Made by a program: the position numbers and the translations under genes. Source: an uncultured candidate division Zixibacteria bacterium (GTDB lineage: Bacteria; Zixibacteria; MSB-5A5; GN15; PGXB01). From it: 64,000 bases of DNA. This document shows, in pieces, positions 52,533 to 62,212 of this stretch (positions are counted from its first letter, which is position 1; every line of letters starts with the position of its first letter). Below the pieces are notes generated by a model that saw only the letters and a list, made by a program, of their open reading frames with translations, searched no databases and was not told the origin of the DNA. The stretch is from positions 608,001 to 672,000 of the forward strand of contig OY969724.1 in assembly GCA_963702205.1 (NCBI GenBank). The letters run 5' to 3'.

Positions 52533-53402
52533 ATGCTTAAGAAAATGTTCGCTCTCTTATCCGTGATCTCCGTCCTGAGCGTGGGCTGCTCCACGCAGAA
52601 TCCGACGGACTCCATGAACGATCCGTCAAGTACGGCGCAGTTGGGTGACAATACCCTGTTGACCGACAGCGCCCAGGCCGACAATATGTCCGAAGAAGTC
52701 GGCGTCGATAACTTCGGCGGCGGTTTCGGAAACCATGGTGAATATGGCCAGGCGGTAACGTTTAAGGTCAGGATCGAAAACGTCTCGACCGATATGACTT
52801 TGCATCTGTCGACCGGCGGGACCGCTCCGGCTCCGCACTCTCCGGGTGTCTGGACCATAACGCGTCTGTTCAACCCGCTCTTCAGGGTCGGGCAATACGA
52901 TCAGGGCCTTGGCCTCGAACAGCAGGCTGAAGACGGCGACCCGTCGATGCTGGCGGTCAGCATGGCCGGCAATCCCCGCGTGATTTCGACCGGTGTGTTC
53001 AGCATTCCGGTCGGCGATGCCAGTCCCGGACCGGCTACGCCCGGCAAGGCGTTCGAGTTTATGGTTACCGCCAAGCCCGGCGACCGCCTCTCGTTTACGT
53101 CGATGTTCGGACAGTCCAACGACCTGTTTTACGCTCCCGGCGTGCTCGGTATACCGCTCTTCCGCGGCTGGAGCCGTCACCCGATAAGCGGCGACGTCAC
53201 CCGTTTTATCAGGCTGTGGGATGCGGGCACCGAAGTCAATCAGGAGCCGGGCGTCGGCCCGGACCAGGCGCCTCGTGAGTCCGCGCCCAATACCGGGGCA
53301 TCGGAACACAAGCGCATCCTGCCCGTCCACGATCAGTACACCTATCCGCCGACCAATCAGGTGATCAAGGTTACGATTACCCCGGTTGGCGATGCTTCCT
53401 GA
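52533..53402 (+). CDS. Spondin_N-domain lipoprotein
   Basis: Lipobox SVG-C; HSPGVW, GLEQQAEDG, SMFGQSNDLF, LWDAGTEVNQEPG. Confidence 0.85.
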   Translation: MLKKMFALLSVISVLSVGCSTQNPTDSMNDPSSTAQLGDNTLLTDSAQADNMSEEVGVDNFGGGFGNHGEYGQAVTFKVRIENVSTDMTLHLSTGGTAPAPHSPGVWTITRLFNPLFRVGQYDQGLGLEQQAEDGDPSMLAVSMAGNPRVISTGVFSIPVGDASPGPATPGKAFEFMVTAKPGDRLSFTSMFGQSNDLFYAPGVLGIPLFRGWSRHPISGDVTRFIRLWDAGTEVNQEPGVGPDQAPRESAPNTGASEHKRILPVHDQYTYPPTNQVIKVTITPVGDAS

Positions 53403-53496
53403 CGATCGAGTGCAGTTAGACTGCCGGAATTAGATAGAGCATTATAGAGGTCGGTTTTTGGAAACCCTGGACGGCGAACCAGCACGGTTCGCCGTC

Positions 53497-54240
53497 TTAT
53501 TTTTTCCCGCCCGTGAGAGACTCCCCAACGTCTTTCAACTTTTTGGTAGCCTCATTTTTTACTTCCTCGATGCCCTGTTCTTTCAGGTTGGATATATCTT
53601 TTCCGAAACCTTCGGGGAGCAGGCCATTCCCTTTGGCCAGTGCTTTCGATATAAGGGTCTTGATCATCGTGGCCGCCACTTCGCCTATTTTTGCGCCGCT
53701 ATCGCCGCCAACGTCGCGGAGCTGGAAGTTATCAAGTGTAAACGACTTCTCCACTTTTTTGCCCAAAAGATCAAGAGAACCGTTGACGTTTATATCCCGC
53801 AGGGCAATCAGGCCGATGCGGAATTTATGGGAGTCTTCGGACGATGAATTATCAATCTTCCCGATATTGTCTAACAATTCCTGATAATTGCCCTTTTTGC
53901 CGACTTGTTCGAGGTTTAGATCGACACCCTCTATGATAAGCGAATCGACAACGACCATATTGTCCAGCACCGAACCGGTCTCCACGCTCAATTTCCCACG
54001 CTGCAATGTCAAGAAATGTTTTCCGGCAAACCCCTCCGGATTGTCAACTTCAAAGTCGTCCAGTTCCAGGCTGCCCCCGCCGATATTGAGCGAGGCCGAG
54101 CCAAGATCGGTTTCTACTCCGAGGGCATAAGTTGTACCGGCCTCGACGGCTTTTTCGACCAGCAGATTGCGGACGAAATAGGCTGACGTCAGAAGTACGA
54201 TTATCAGAATGATAACCCATAAAAATATTTTCTTTAACAT
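53497..54240 (-). CDS. AsmA/DUF748-like envelope protein
   Basis: N-terminal TM anchor then ALGVET.LG...VDNPEGF beta-rich pattern. Confidence 0.6.
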   Translation of the reverse strand: MLKKIFLWVIILIIVLLTSAYFVRNLLVEKAVEAGTTYALGVETDLGSASLNIGGGSLELDDFEVDNPEGFAGKHFLTLQRGKLSVETGSVLDNMVVVDSLIIEGVDLNLEQVGKKGNYQELLDNIGKIDNSSSEDSHKFRIGLIALRDINVNGSLDLLGKKVEKSFTLDNFQLRDVGGDSGAKIGEVAATMIKTLISKALAKGNGLLPEGFGKDISNLKEQGIEEVKNEATKKLKDVGESLTGGKK

Positions 54241-54260
54241 TATAGGACCTCCTTAAATTA

Positions 54261-55043
54261 TCACTGGATTCCGAGCATCTTCAGTTCCCGACGGGCGGGG
54301 CGAAATTCCGGGTTGAGTTCGAGAGCGTGCTTGAAAGCTATGACCGCCGAGGTCGTATCCGCCTTTGCCAAAAACAGCTGCCCTGTCGCCCATTCGTTTA
54401 CATAGGAATCGGGGTTGAACTCTTGGTTGAGGCTAAGAACGGCCATGGCATCGGTTTCACTTTCGTCGGCAATATTCAAAGCCAGTTGCGCTAAAACCCG
54501 GTCGGTGAAATCGTAGGTGAAGCCCCCGTAATATTCATTACGAAGTGCCCGATAGGTCGAATCGAGCGCCGCCATGCCGCCGGCTTTTCTGGCTTTCATG
54601 AGGACGTCCTGAAGCAGCAACGGTCGCGGCTGACCGTGATGGCAGGTGACACATTGCACGGTTATTCGTGACGTATCGGTAGTCGCCGGGAGATGCGCCA
54701 GTTGTGTATTGTTGATATTGCCGGTCATGCGAAGCATGGTGCGGGCGGTTAGTTTGAGCTTATTTTCATCCGAGGCAAAATCGCGCTCACGCTGACCTTT
54801 TTTGGGTTCGGCATGACAATATCCGCAGCCCACGCCGAGCCCATCGCTGAAATTCCTCATTACGGCTATTACCTGGTCGTGAGTCATGGTGCTGTCGAGC
54901 ACCTGAAGATTGGTCGGCTTTTGGTTTTCCTGTGCCTGCACGTTGATGCATATAACGGCGGCCGCTATGATTACCAGACAGCTTAAGTAAAGTCGGCGTC
55001 CGCGAATTCGTTTGTGATAACCGGGTTGAGTATATGCGCTCAT
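54261..55043 (-). CDS. Exported di-heme c-type cytochrome (PufC-fragment-like) with C-terminal TPR
   Basis: NLQVL, LGVGCGYCH, FASDE..K.TARTML.M, VQCVTCHHG; TPR (FKHALELNP); GAAAGGA RBS before ATG 55043. Confidence 0.8.
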   Translation of the reverse strand: MSAYTQPGYHKRIRGRRLYLSCLVIIAAAVICINVQAQENQKPTNLQVLDSTMTHDQVIAVMRNFSDGLGVGCGYCHAEPKKGQRERDFASDENKLKLTARTMLRMTGNINNTQLAHLPATTDTSRITVQCVTCHHGQPRPLLLQDVLMKARKAGGMAALDSTYRALRNEYYGGFTYDFTDRVLAQLALNIADESETDAMAVLSLNQEFNPDSYVNEWATGQLFLAKADTTSAVIAFKHALELNPEFRPARRELKMLGIQ

Positions 55044-55546
55044 GGAGTATCCTTTCATGCGAATCGATTTGAAAACACTACGGTGCAATTATAGCGGATG
55101 AGCACCGACCTTGCCGATTTTTACAACACTTAAATTTCGTTGTGGTTTTCAAATTCTTTTCGGTGGGCCAGCTCTCCGGGTCTGCACAGTTTTAATACCA
55201 AGTTCGTACCGCACAGGTTAAATTTCGATACGATTTTAATGATTTTGGCACAGATAAATAATTGCTGCAGATCGGCTTGTGAGGAATTGGGTTTGTTTGT
55301 TCATTGTCTAAAAATTGTCTTCCCGGAATATCTGTTTTTTGCGTTGTCCAAAAAAATATCACTCTACTCTACAATATAGATCGGAGCAATTTCACCATTG
55401 ATAGCTATACAAATATGGGGTTATAAGAGTGTCACAAATTCGATAAATTTCATACGGGTCCTATATAATCAAATGCTATCAATCGGGACAGCGTATTAAT
55501 TCCATAACGCGAATATAAAGTTCTTTTTAATACCAGCGAGGTAGCC

Positions 55547-56578
55547 ATGTTAAGAAAAAGTTTCCTTGTTGCGGCTTTTGCAGTCTTAACCCTGTCATTC
55601 TGCGTATCGTACGCGGCCGGGCTGGAACAATTACAGTGGCGGGATTTGGTTAACCATCCCGAACGCTGGCCCGCTTCGACCACTATCAAAGTTGATCTGG
55701 AATTCTCTCACGCGAATTTGCCGAAAGGGACGAAAGTGCAGATCAGCAATGTCACTGCCAATCAAGTCGAACTCATAGCGCCGCAGGGTTTTCTTTTTGA
55801 CCTGAAACCGGAAGAATGTAATCTTCTGGCCGACGCCAACGCTTTCTGGGCGACATTGACCCCGGCACAAAAAGAACTCAACTGGCAGAAAATATCCCAG
55901 GATCGTACCCTCTGGCCGTCTTATATTTCTTTAACTTCCCCGATCGGGTTCGGCCAGGTTTCATTCAAGGAGGGAGATACGCTGGAATTGATTACTATAC
56001 AGGGTAACGACGTGGCTGTCGCTAACTCCAAACTGGAGTCCACTCTTCTGGTGTCCAATACCGATACCGATATTTTCTCCAGAGCTCGCAAGATGGCGGC
56101 TTTGCCGACAGATCAGCGCCCGGGAATTATTTCCACGGTATTAAAAGGAAGAACCATCGACTCCGACGGCAATAAAACCGATCTGGCGCCGGCGAATTAT
56201 TATGTCATGTACTATGCCGCGTCGACCTGTCCGCGCTGCAAAATATTTTCGCCCGAGTTCGTGGATTTTTATAACAAAAACTTCGCGGACCGCAAAGACG
56301 TGCGCTTCATAATCTGCTCCACGGACGTTAATAAGGCGAATATCTGGCCGTATATGAAACAATACGGCATACCCTGGTCGACACTGAACGGTGAGAAGGC
56401 CGATAATATCGTCGGCTACGCGTTCATAACCCCCGGCACGATGATAGAAATTCCGGGGATAATAGTCCTTGATCGTTTTGGCAATCAACTCCTGGCAACG
56501 AAAAATAATGTCCCCGGAAAGCTGATCGCCGCCGCCGAAACGGCTATGGGGCAGCTCAACGACTTATTAAGCAAATAG
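55547..56578 (+). CDS. Exported protein with two N-terminal repeat modules and a C-terminal thioredoxin-like domain (CPRC)
   Basis: Signal peptide; YYAASTCPRCKIFSPEFVDFY...IPGIIVLDRFG. Confidence 0.75.
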   Translation: MLRKSFLVAAFAVLTLSFCVSYAAGLEQLQWRDLVNHPERWPASTTIKVDLEFSHANLPKGTKVQISNVTANQVELIAPQGFLFDLKPEECNLLADANAFWATLTPAQKELNWQKISQDRTLWPSYISLTSPIGFGQVSFKEGDTLELITIQGNDVAVANSKLESTLLVSNTDTDIFSRARKMAALPTDQRPGIISTVLKGRTIDSDGNKTDLAPANYYVMYYAASTCPRCKIFSPEFVDFYNKNFADRKDVRFIICSTDVNKANIWPYMKQYGIPWSTLNGEKADNIVGYAFITPGTMIEIPGIIVLDRFGNQLLATKNNVPGKLIAAAETAMGQLNDLLSK

Positions 56579-56632
56579 TCGATCTTATTTGATGTTGTTT
56601 CCCGGATAAGTATTAGTTTAAAACAATACACA

Positions 56633-56671
56633 TTGACGGCCCGGTCGCAAGTGAAGTAACCGGGCCGTTAA
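56633..56671. terminator. Hairpin downstream of the thioredoxin-like gene
   Basis: TTGACGGCCCGGT...ACCGGGCCGTTAA, ~13-bp stem. Confidence 0.55.
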
Positions 56672-56812
56672 TTATTGTACCTGAGATATGGGATTAATCT
56701 CGTTTCCTGCCGCGTGCATATATTGCACGATAGAGATTAAAAAGACTCCGAAACCTCCTTCGCTTCGCTCAGGACCTTCGGCAGGGGTTTCGACCTTTGG
56801 AGATTCATAAGG

Positions 56813-56860
56813 CTGTCAGGTCGCGCGTCCCGATTAATCGGGACGCAGGACTTGTCAGAG
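56813..56860. repeat. REP-like palindromic element
   Basis: Perfect 22-bp palindrome GCGTCCCGATTAATCGGGACGC (56825-56846) flanked by imperfect TGTCAGGTC / GACTTGTCA arms. Confidence 0.55.
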
Positions 56861-56940
56861 CAGGCTATTTCAATGACCCTTCAGAGTAGGCTTCTGTAGC
56901 TTTGTTTCAGCATTCAAATAACATTGAAAGTGACCTTCGA

Positions 56941-57600
56941 TTAAAACCGGACTCCGACCATGAAAGACAAGACTGTGTTTTTAACCGAAGGATCGCCCTC
57001 AAGATAAAAGCTGTCACCCGGTCCCTCTCCCGTAAGATCATTGATTTTATCGGCGGCATCGATTGTCCCGACCAGCCCCAGAGTATACCTGGCATCGAAG
57101 GTGACGCGTTTGTAGTCTATTCCGGCACCGAAAACAAAACCCACGTCCATGGATTTCAAATAATCCGCGACATCGTATGAATAGTCCATAAACCGGACTT
57201 TTGAACTCAACAACAAGGCAAACGCCGGGCCGGCAAACACGTTCGGACGAAGCTTGCCATCGGGAACGATGTCGTATTTAAGCAACACCGGCACTTCCAG
57301 GTAATTCATGGACCATTCGGCGGAAACGAAGAAAAGATCCTTTTCGGCCCCTTTGGAGACAAATAGAAGTTCCGGCTGCACGGCAAATTGACGGTTAAGG
57401 CTGTAAGTCAGGAAAGCGCCCCCTGTGAATCCTACCCGAGTGTCAAGAAAATCGTCCAATTCATTGTAATCGGTGTTAATCTTTGCGATATCGAATCCGA
57501 GTTTGACTCCTTTGCCGGTTACACCAACGGCTGCCTGTTGTGCGCTCGCCGCGACACAAATTAACAGGACCAAACCGGCGAGCATGAACACCTTTGTCAT
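56941..57600 (-). CDS. Outer-membrane beta-barrel protein (PorT/porin-like)
   Basis: Signal peptide; VQPELLF, YLEVPVLLK, DARYTLGL, C-terminal VGVRF; GAGGAGG RBS. Confidence 0.85.
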   Translation of the reverse strand: MTKVFMLAGLVLLICVAASAQQAAVGVTGKGVKLGFDIAKINTDYNELDDFLDTRVGFTGGAFLTYSLNRQFAVQPELLFVSKGAEKDLFFVSAEWSMNYLEVPVLLKYDIVPDGKLRPNVFAGPAFALLLSSKVRFMDYSYDVADYLKSMDVGFVFGAGIDYKRVTFDARYTLGLVGTIDAADKINDLTGEGPGDSFYLEGDPSVKNTVLSFMVGVRF

Positions 57601-57711
57601 AGTACCTCCTCGCAATATTTTGATTGCGTACAGTTTTGAGCTTCGGCAATATAACAGTAACGAGGGTTATCAGGCAAGAGGAAAAAACGAATGGTCTGGC
57701 TGCCCGGCTCG

Positions 57712-58488
57712 TCAATTCTGCTTCGAGACCGTGGCGCAAGCGCGTCGAAACAGCAAAGCGGAAATGACAAACAGGATAACGAAGAATCCATTGAAAATGA
57801 ACACGCCAAATACACCCGCTGCCCCCAGGGAAACATGAGGCCAGATAATCAAGGCAATCACGGGAACCAACATTTGAGTGAGTGCCGCCGCAAACAGGGT
57901 ATGCGCCATTCCTCGCGGCTTAAAGCGAGCCATCAGGGAACCGATGAGTCCGACTGCAAAGACCGCTCCATACATCAGGTTGGCAGGCTGTCCTTCGTTT
58001 CCGATGATGCCCACGGCACCGTTCATCCAGAAAAGAAGGAATAACGCCGCAAGCCCGACGCCAAAAGCGACTCGGTACATAGTGCTCCTCGATCTTCGGG
58101 CAACCAGTTCATACGTGAAACCGATACCGAGCAAAACAGCACCCATGATAATAAAATCGCTCAGATCCCAGTTCACTTCATCGGTGAACTGCATCGCCAC
58201 CAAGGGCACCAGCAATATAACCGCCGTTGCGAGTGCAATGCGGATTATGTTTTTATTTTGCATTGCGATCAACACCGTCCTCTCTTTCACAATTCCCGCA
58301 GAAGTCTCGAGGAACATCCATAGAGCGCAGCCGAAAATTCCCTTTCCTTCCTCTGCTCTCGCCCGGAGGAGATCGTTGAAGGTCTGCTCCATTCCCTCGC
58401 CGAAGCGATTATAGTACGGTTTCGCATAGAGGCGAAGCAGCCTTGCATACAATCGTCGGTATCTTTGTATTGGAGGCTTATGTACCAT
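57712..58488 (-). CDS. PadR-associated integral membrane protein
   Basis: N-terminal YARLLRLY...RFGEGMEQTF segment then ~6 TM helices (LLVPLVAMQFTDEVNW); overlaps padR stop. Confidence 0.75.
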   Translation of the reverse strand: MVHKPPIQRYRRLYARLLRLYAKPYYNRFGEGMEQTFNDLLRARAEEGKGIFGCALWMFLETSAGIVKERTVLIAMQNKNIIRIALATAVILLVPLVAMQFTDEVNWDLSDFIIMGAVLLGIGFTYELVARRSRSTMYRVAFGVGLAALFLLFWMNGAVGIIGNEGQPANLMYGAVFAVGLIGSLMARFKPRGMAHTLFAAALTQMLVPVIALIIWPHVSLGAAGVFGVFIFNGFFVILFVISALLFRRACATVSKQN

Positions 58489-58837
58489 ACGCCAAATTGC
58501 CCGGTGAGAGTTTCCTATGTTTGGCAACCGCCACGACTTCACGATAGCGCTGCAATTCCTCCGCCAGCGCCTTTTGGCCGAGGCCGGTTATTTTGTAATA
58601 AACCCGCCGTTCGTCGTCCAATTCCGGGTCTATTTTTTTAGCGCTCTCGCGTATCAGCCCGGCCTCGAGCATGCGGCCGATTGAACCGTAAAGCGTGCCC
58701 GGCCCCATTTTTACCTTCCCCTTCGAATCAGCCTGAACCAGCTTCATGATTCCGTAGCCGTGCCTCTCCTTCGTTGAGAGTGCCAGGAGGATGTGAAAGA
58801 CCGCCGGAGTAAGAGGCTTGTGTTTCTTCTTTTCCAC
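58478..58837 (-). CDS. PadR-family transcriptional regulator
   Basis: FHILLAL..HGYGIM...GPGTLYGSI...RRVYYKITGLG. Confidence 0.92.
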   Translation of the reverse strand: MEKKKHKPLTPAVFHILLALSTKERHGYGIMKLVQADSKGKVKMGPGTLYGSIGRMLEAGLIRESAKKIDPELDDERRVYYKITGLGQKALAEELQRYREVVAVAKHRKLSPGNLAYGT

Positions 58838-58843
58838 AAATCC

Positions 58844-58872
58844 ATAATATATCCGTAACGGATATATGTCAA
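58844..58872 (-). promoter_or_regulatory. Sigma-70 promoter with embedded 10-1-10 operator; probably leaderless padR mRNA
   Basis: Minus strand TTGACA-17 nt-TATTAT-6 nt-GTG; ATATATCCGT-A-ACGGATATAT at 58847-58867. Confidence 0.75.
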
Positions 58873-58939
58873 GAAAAATGTAGTTTTTTCGCCTATGTGT
58901 TTTAAAGGCCCGCCATATAGAATAGTGGGAAGCCCTGAC

Positions 58940-59713
58940 CTACTGCGTCTTGAGACGAGCCGCTGGATCCTGTTGATAGAATAATCTAAACTGCTCGTAT
59001 AGTTCAGGATGGCGACTTTTTAGCGCCATGGGTTTTTCGAAAAACAGCTCGGTGACTACGGCAAAAAACTCGGCTGGATTGGTGGCACCATAGGCATTAA
59101 TCAGATGCTGCTGACCCGTTTCGAGAGCGTCGAGCAGCCGACGATACTCGTGACTGAGAACCCGTGCCCAGGCAGTGTACATCGTATTGCTCGGCAATTG
59201 AGGTGCTCCATCCATCCGCCCGAATTCACTATCCAGCTCGTGCGCGAATTCGTGGAAGACGACGTTGTGACCGTCATCAGGATCCCGGGCGCTTTTCAAA
59301 ACGTTGTCCCACGCCAATACTATCGGTCCGCGCTGCCACGACTCGCCCAACCGTGTTTGCACGTTTTCCTGAACCAATCCCCCGGGCAATCGTCTCGAGG
59401 CCGAAGCAAAATAGGCGCGGGGATAAACAAATATCGTCTTCATCAGAGGAAAATAATCGGTCTTGCGATGCAAGAGCAGTATGCAGGCTTGAGCTGCAAT
59501 CGTTACTCTGATTTCATCCGTTATTGCCAGACCTTCACAACCCTCGAAACGCTTTTCGTGCAGGAATACCTGAATATGCCCCCGGAGTTCGGCGCGCTCA
59601 TCGGACGTGAGGTACCGATAGTACGGAACGTTTCGTTCAACGAAAGCCAACCATTCCGGCGGAAACGGCTGGCTGCTCCATTTTATGCGTCTTCTCTTCT
59701 TGAATCCAAACAT
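58940..59713 (-). CDS. MtfA/M90-family zinc-dependent peptidase
   Basis: IAAQAC, GESW..GPIVLAW, HEFAHELD, YGATNPAEFFAV. Confidence 0.9.
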   Translation of the reverse strand: MFGFKKRRRIKWSSQPFPPEWLAFVERNVPYYRYLTSDERAELRGHIQVFLHEKRFEGCEGLAITDEIRVTIAAQACILLLHRKTDYFPLMKTIFVYPRAYFASASRRLPGGLVQENVQTRLGESWQRGPIVLAWDNVLKSARDPDDGHNVVFHEFAHELDSEFGRMDGAPQLPSNTMYTAWARVLSHEYRRLLDALETGQQHLINAYGATNPAEFFAVVTELFFEKPMALKSRHPELYEQFRLFYQQDPAARLKTQ

Positions 59714-60005
59714 CTGATAGCTATCCTTCGGCAGAAATCCTGTCAGATCGAAACCAAAAAAGTTCTGCCACGTCTTTTAGAAACCTATCTGGCCATTGAT
59801 ATGTCGGCTCATCAATCACCACCTCAAATTACTGCTCAACGATCAGAAACGCAACTTTCTTGCATAAAGTTTGAACTCTTTCAGAATGAAATCCTTGCGG
59901 TTTCGACAATTTCGTTTTAAGAAGTCCACAATGGAATGGCGAGCTACCCAGGATGTTTCGACGAATTAATTTAGAAAATCCACCCCGAAGGAAGCACCCG
60001 GGCGG

Positions 60006-60236
60006 TTAGTCGGTTTGTCTCTTTTTGAAATCTTCTATACCCCGCTGAATGCGGCTCTTGAATCCGTGGGGGGCCACTCGGCCGCACAAACCGGTTCCGT
60101 CGGGATTCAGCTTACACATACGGAAACACCAGGGTGATCGGTTTTTGGTCATCGGGCATCCCAGATAGGTGTAATCTCTTAAACTTTTTCGTATTTTGAC
60201 TCGCTTGTGGACTTTGGTGAGATTTTTTGGTGCCAT
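60006..60236 (-). CDS. Small basic four-Cys hypothetical protein
   Basis: 76 aa, GAGGA RBS; C-x9-C-x3-C-x9-C. Confidence 0.55.
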   Translation of the reverse strand: MAPKNLTKVHKRVKIRKSLRDYTYLGCPMTKNRSPWCFRMCKLNPDGTGLCGRVAPHGFKSRIQRGIEDFKKRQTD

Positions 60237-60486
60237 TTCGATTCCTCGCTGTCTTATCTATGGACAGAATTTGCCCCCGTTTCAGGGCAGCCTCTGCCTT
60301 GTCTTTCGATGTCTGCGGCCATCAGCACCTGTAACCGGAAACCGGCAAAAAGGTTCACTCTTATCTCGTGAATTTTGTTATGACAATGGTTGAAGCTGGC
60401 TGATTGTTCATTGTGGGACAACTGGAGGGATCAGCGGTTAGAGAGGGATATAGTTGGAAATCATCCTGAAGGGCAGGCCACTGGGC

Positions 60487-62184
60487 TCACCTTATCTTCT
60501 TCGCCTCCGTTGTTCTTCCACCCTGGGTCAATATTGCTTTTGTCACAATACCTAGGCTGTCCTTCACGAATTCGAGTTGAGCATCGTTAACTTTCAGGAA
60601 GAACTTCGATTCAGATTCAGCAAATATGTCAAACGCTTCCTGTCCGGTAGCCCTGACCATCAGTCCTTTGTTATTTTTCGTCACAGTGAAACTGAAATCG
60701 GGTGAGATTGCGTATTCCCCCAGATACGACTCCAGTATATTGTCACTCAGTTCGATTCCGTCAGGCGAGGGGATCGGCTTATCGGTCTTTAACCAAACAT
60801 CGATCGCGGTGCGGCTCCTGGTCTTCAAGCTCTTAATCGCGCCGTTTGTGTCTCGTACGAAGTCGATCCTCGACAGCGAATCTGTCGCATAGGCGAACTT
60901 GTCATTTGCATAGGCGTCGACTTTGGATTTCGGTCCCCGGCCCGATTGTGCGAACAACTGATGATCGGCCACGGTAATGACCCGCAGCAGTCCCTTTCCA
61001 TTCTCATATACACCGGCATAATCGGCCAGGAGTGAGTCAGCCAGCACGACTGCTTTGTAATCGTACGTTTCGCCGATTGCCAGAGCTGCCAATTTGGCCG
61101 TGACATCTTCGGGCGAATTACAGTCGCAGTTGGAAAATACCGCCACAAAAACGTCTTCAACCGGTAAGTACATCTCCATTGCGACGTATCCATTGATCAT
61201 GCCGCCATGCCAAATGCTCGGGCTGTCCTGAATGTAACCGAATCGCCACCCGTATCCGTAATTGGTTTCGTCTCCGGTGCTGAGAGTGAACCGTGACAGG
61301 GCCTTGTCGAGACTTGCCTGTGTGATGAGCTTATAAGAGTAAAGCGCCTGATGCCATTTGAACATATCCAATACGGTTGATTGTATTGCGCCCGCCGCAT
61401 ACGGCTGCGTCATACTGAGGTACCGGGCGTTTTCAATGCCTTGATCACCCATGCTATAACCGTCAGCCCGGTTCCTGGTGATTCGAATATCAGTGGCGTA
61501 ACTCGAATTGGTCATGCCGGCCGGTTTGAAAATCTGTTTATCCAGATATTCGGAGTACGGCTCGCCGGTGATCATTTCGATTATATAACCCAATAGAACG
61601 TAGTTGGAATTGCTGTATTCCCATCTGGTGCCGGGAGCGAAGCGCAACGGCCGGTTTTCGAAGAAGCCGATCATTTCTGCGGGCGAGTAGTCAACCTCCC
61701 CTTTCTTGGCAGAATCTTTGATCCTGGCGTAATCCTGAATGCCCGAAGTATGTGTCAGCAGGTTTTCAATGGTGATTGTGTTCCCTTGAGTTGGATAGTC
61801 CGGAATGAATTTAGTGATGCTATCCTGCAAGCCGAGCTTCCCCTGTTCAGCCAGCTGCAATATAGCTACGGCCGTAAACTGTTTGGTGATGGAACCGATT
61901 CGGAAGACCTGGTCGATCTGCATCGGCACCTGTAGCTCCAGATTCGCCATGCCGAATGCATTCTTGTAGATAACCTGACCATTACGGGCAACCAGCGCGG
62001 CGGTGCCCGGAGCATCTGGGTGAAACTGCTCGCTCAGTAGTTTGTCGCATACTGCCGCGAAGTGTGCTGTCTCGAGTTGACCCGCCATTGCTGTCTGGAG
62101 TTGCAGCCCGCACATGATCGCGACGAAAACCAGGATTCTGATACGGTTCTTCATTTTATTTCTCACTTTGTGCAAAATTGTCAT
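60487..62184 (-). CDS. Serine hydrolase (class C beta-lactamase/PBP fold) with two C-terminal DUF3471-like domains
   Basis: FRIGSITK (SxxK), LLTHTSG, YSN, YGYGW, HGG; two DY.G.Y-type modules. Confidence 0.9.
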   Translation of the reverse strand: MTILHKVRNKMKNRIRILVFVAIMCGLQLQTAMAGQLETAHFAAVCDKLLSEQFHPDAPGTAALVARNGQVIYKNAFGMANLELQVPMQIDQVFRIGSITKQFTAVAILQLAEQGKLGLQDSITKFIPDYPTQGNTITIENLLTHTSGIQDYARIKDSAKKGEVDYSPAEMIGFFENRPLRFAPGTRWEYSNSNYVLLGYIIEMITGEPYSEYLDKQIFKPAGMTNSSYATDIRITRNRADGYSMGDQGIENARYLSMTQPYAAGAIQSTVLDMFKWHQALYSYKLITQASLDKALSRFTLSTGDETNYGYGWRFGYIQDSPSIWHGGMINGYVAMEMYLPVEDVFVAVFSNCDCNSPEDVTAKLAALAIGETYDYKAVVLADSLLADYAGVYENGKGLLRVITVADHQLFAQSGRGPKSKVDAYANDKFAYATDSLSRIDFVRDTNGAIKSLKTRSRTAIDVWLKTDKPIPSPDGIELSDNILESYLGEYAISPDFSFTVTKNNKGLMVRATGQEAFDIFAESESKFFLKVNDAQLEFVKDSLGIVTKAILTQGGRTTEAKKIR

Positions 62185-62212
62185 TGTACTACTCAGTTAA
62201 TCCGTCAAAGGG

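Noticed and set aside
55243..55266. Sigma-54 promoter TGGCAC...TTGCT
   Set aside because: Ten nt between the elements instead of the required five
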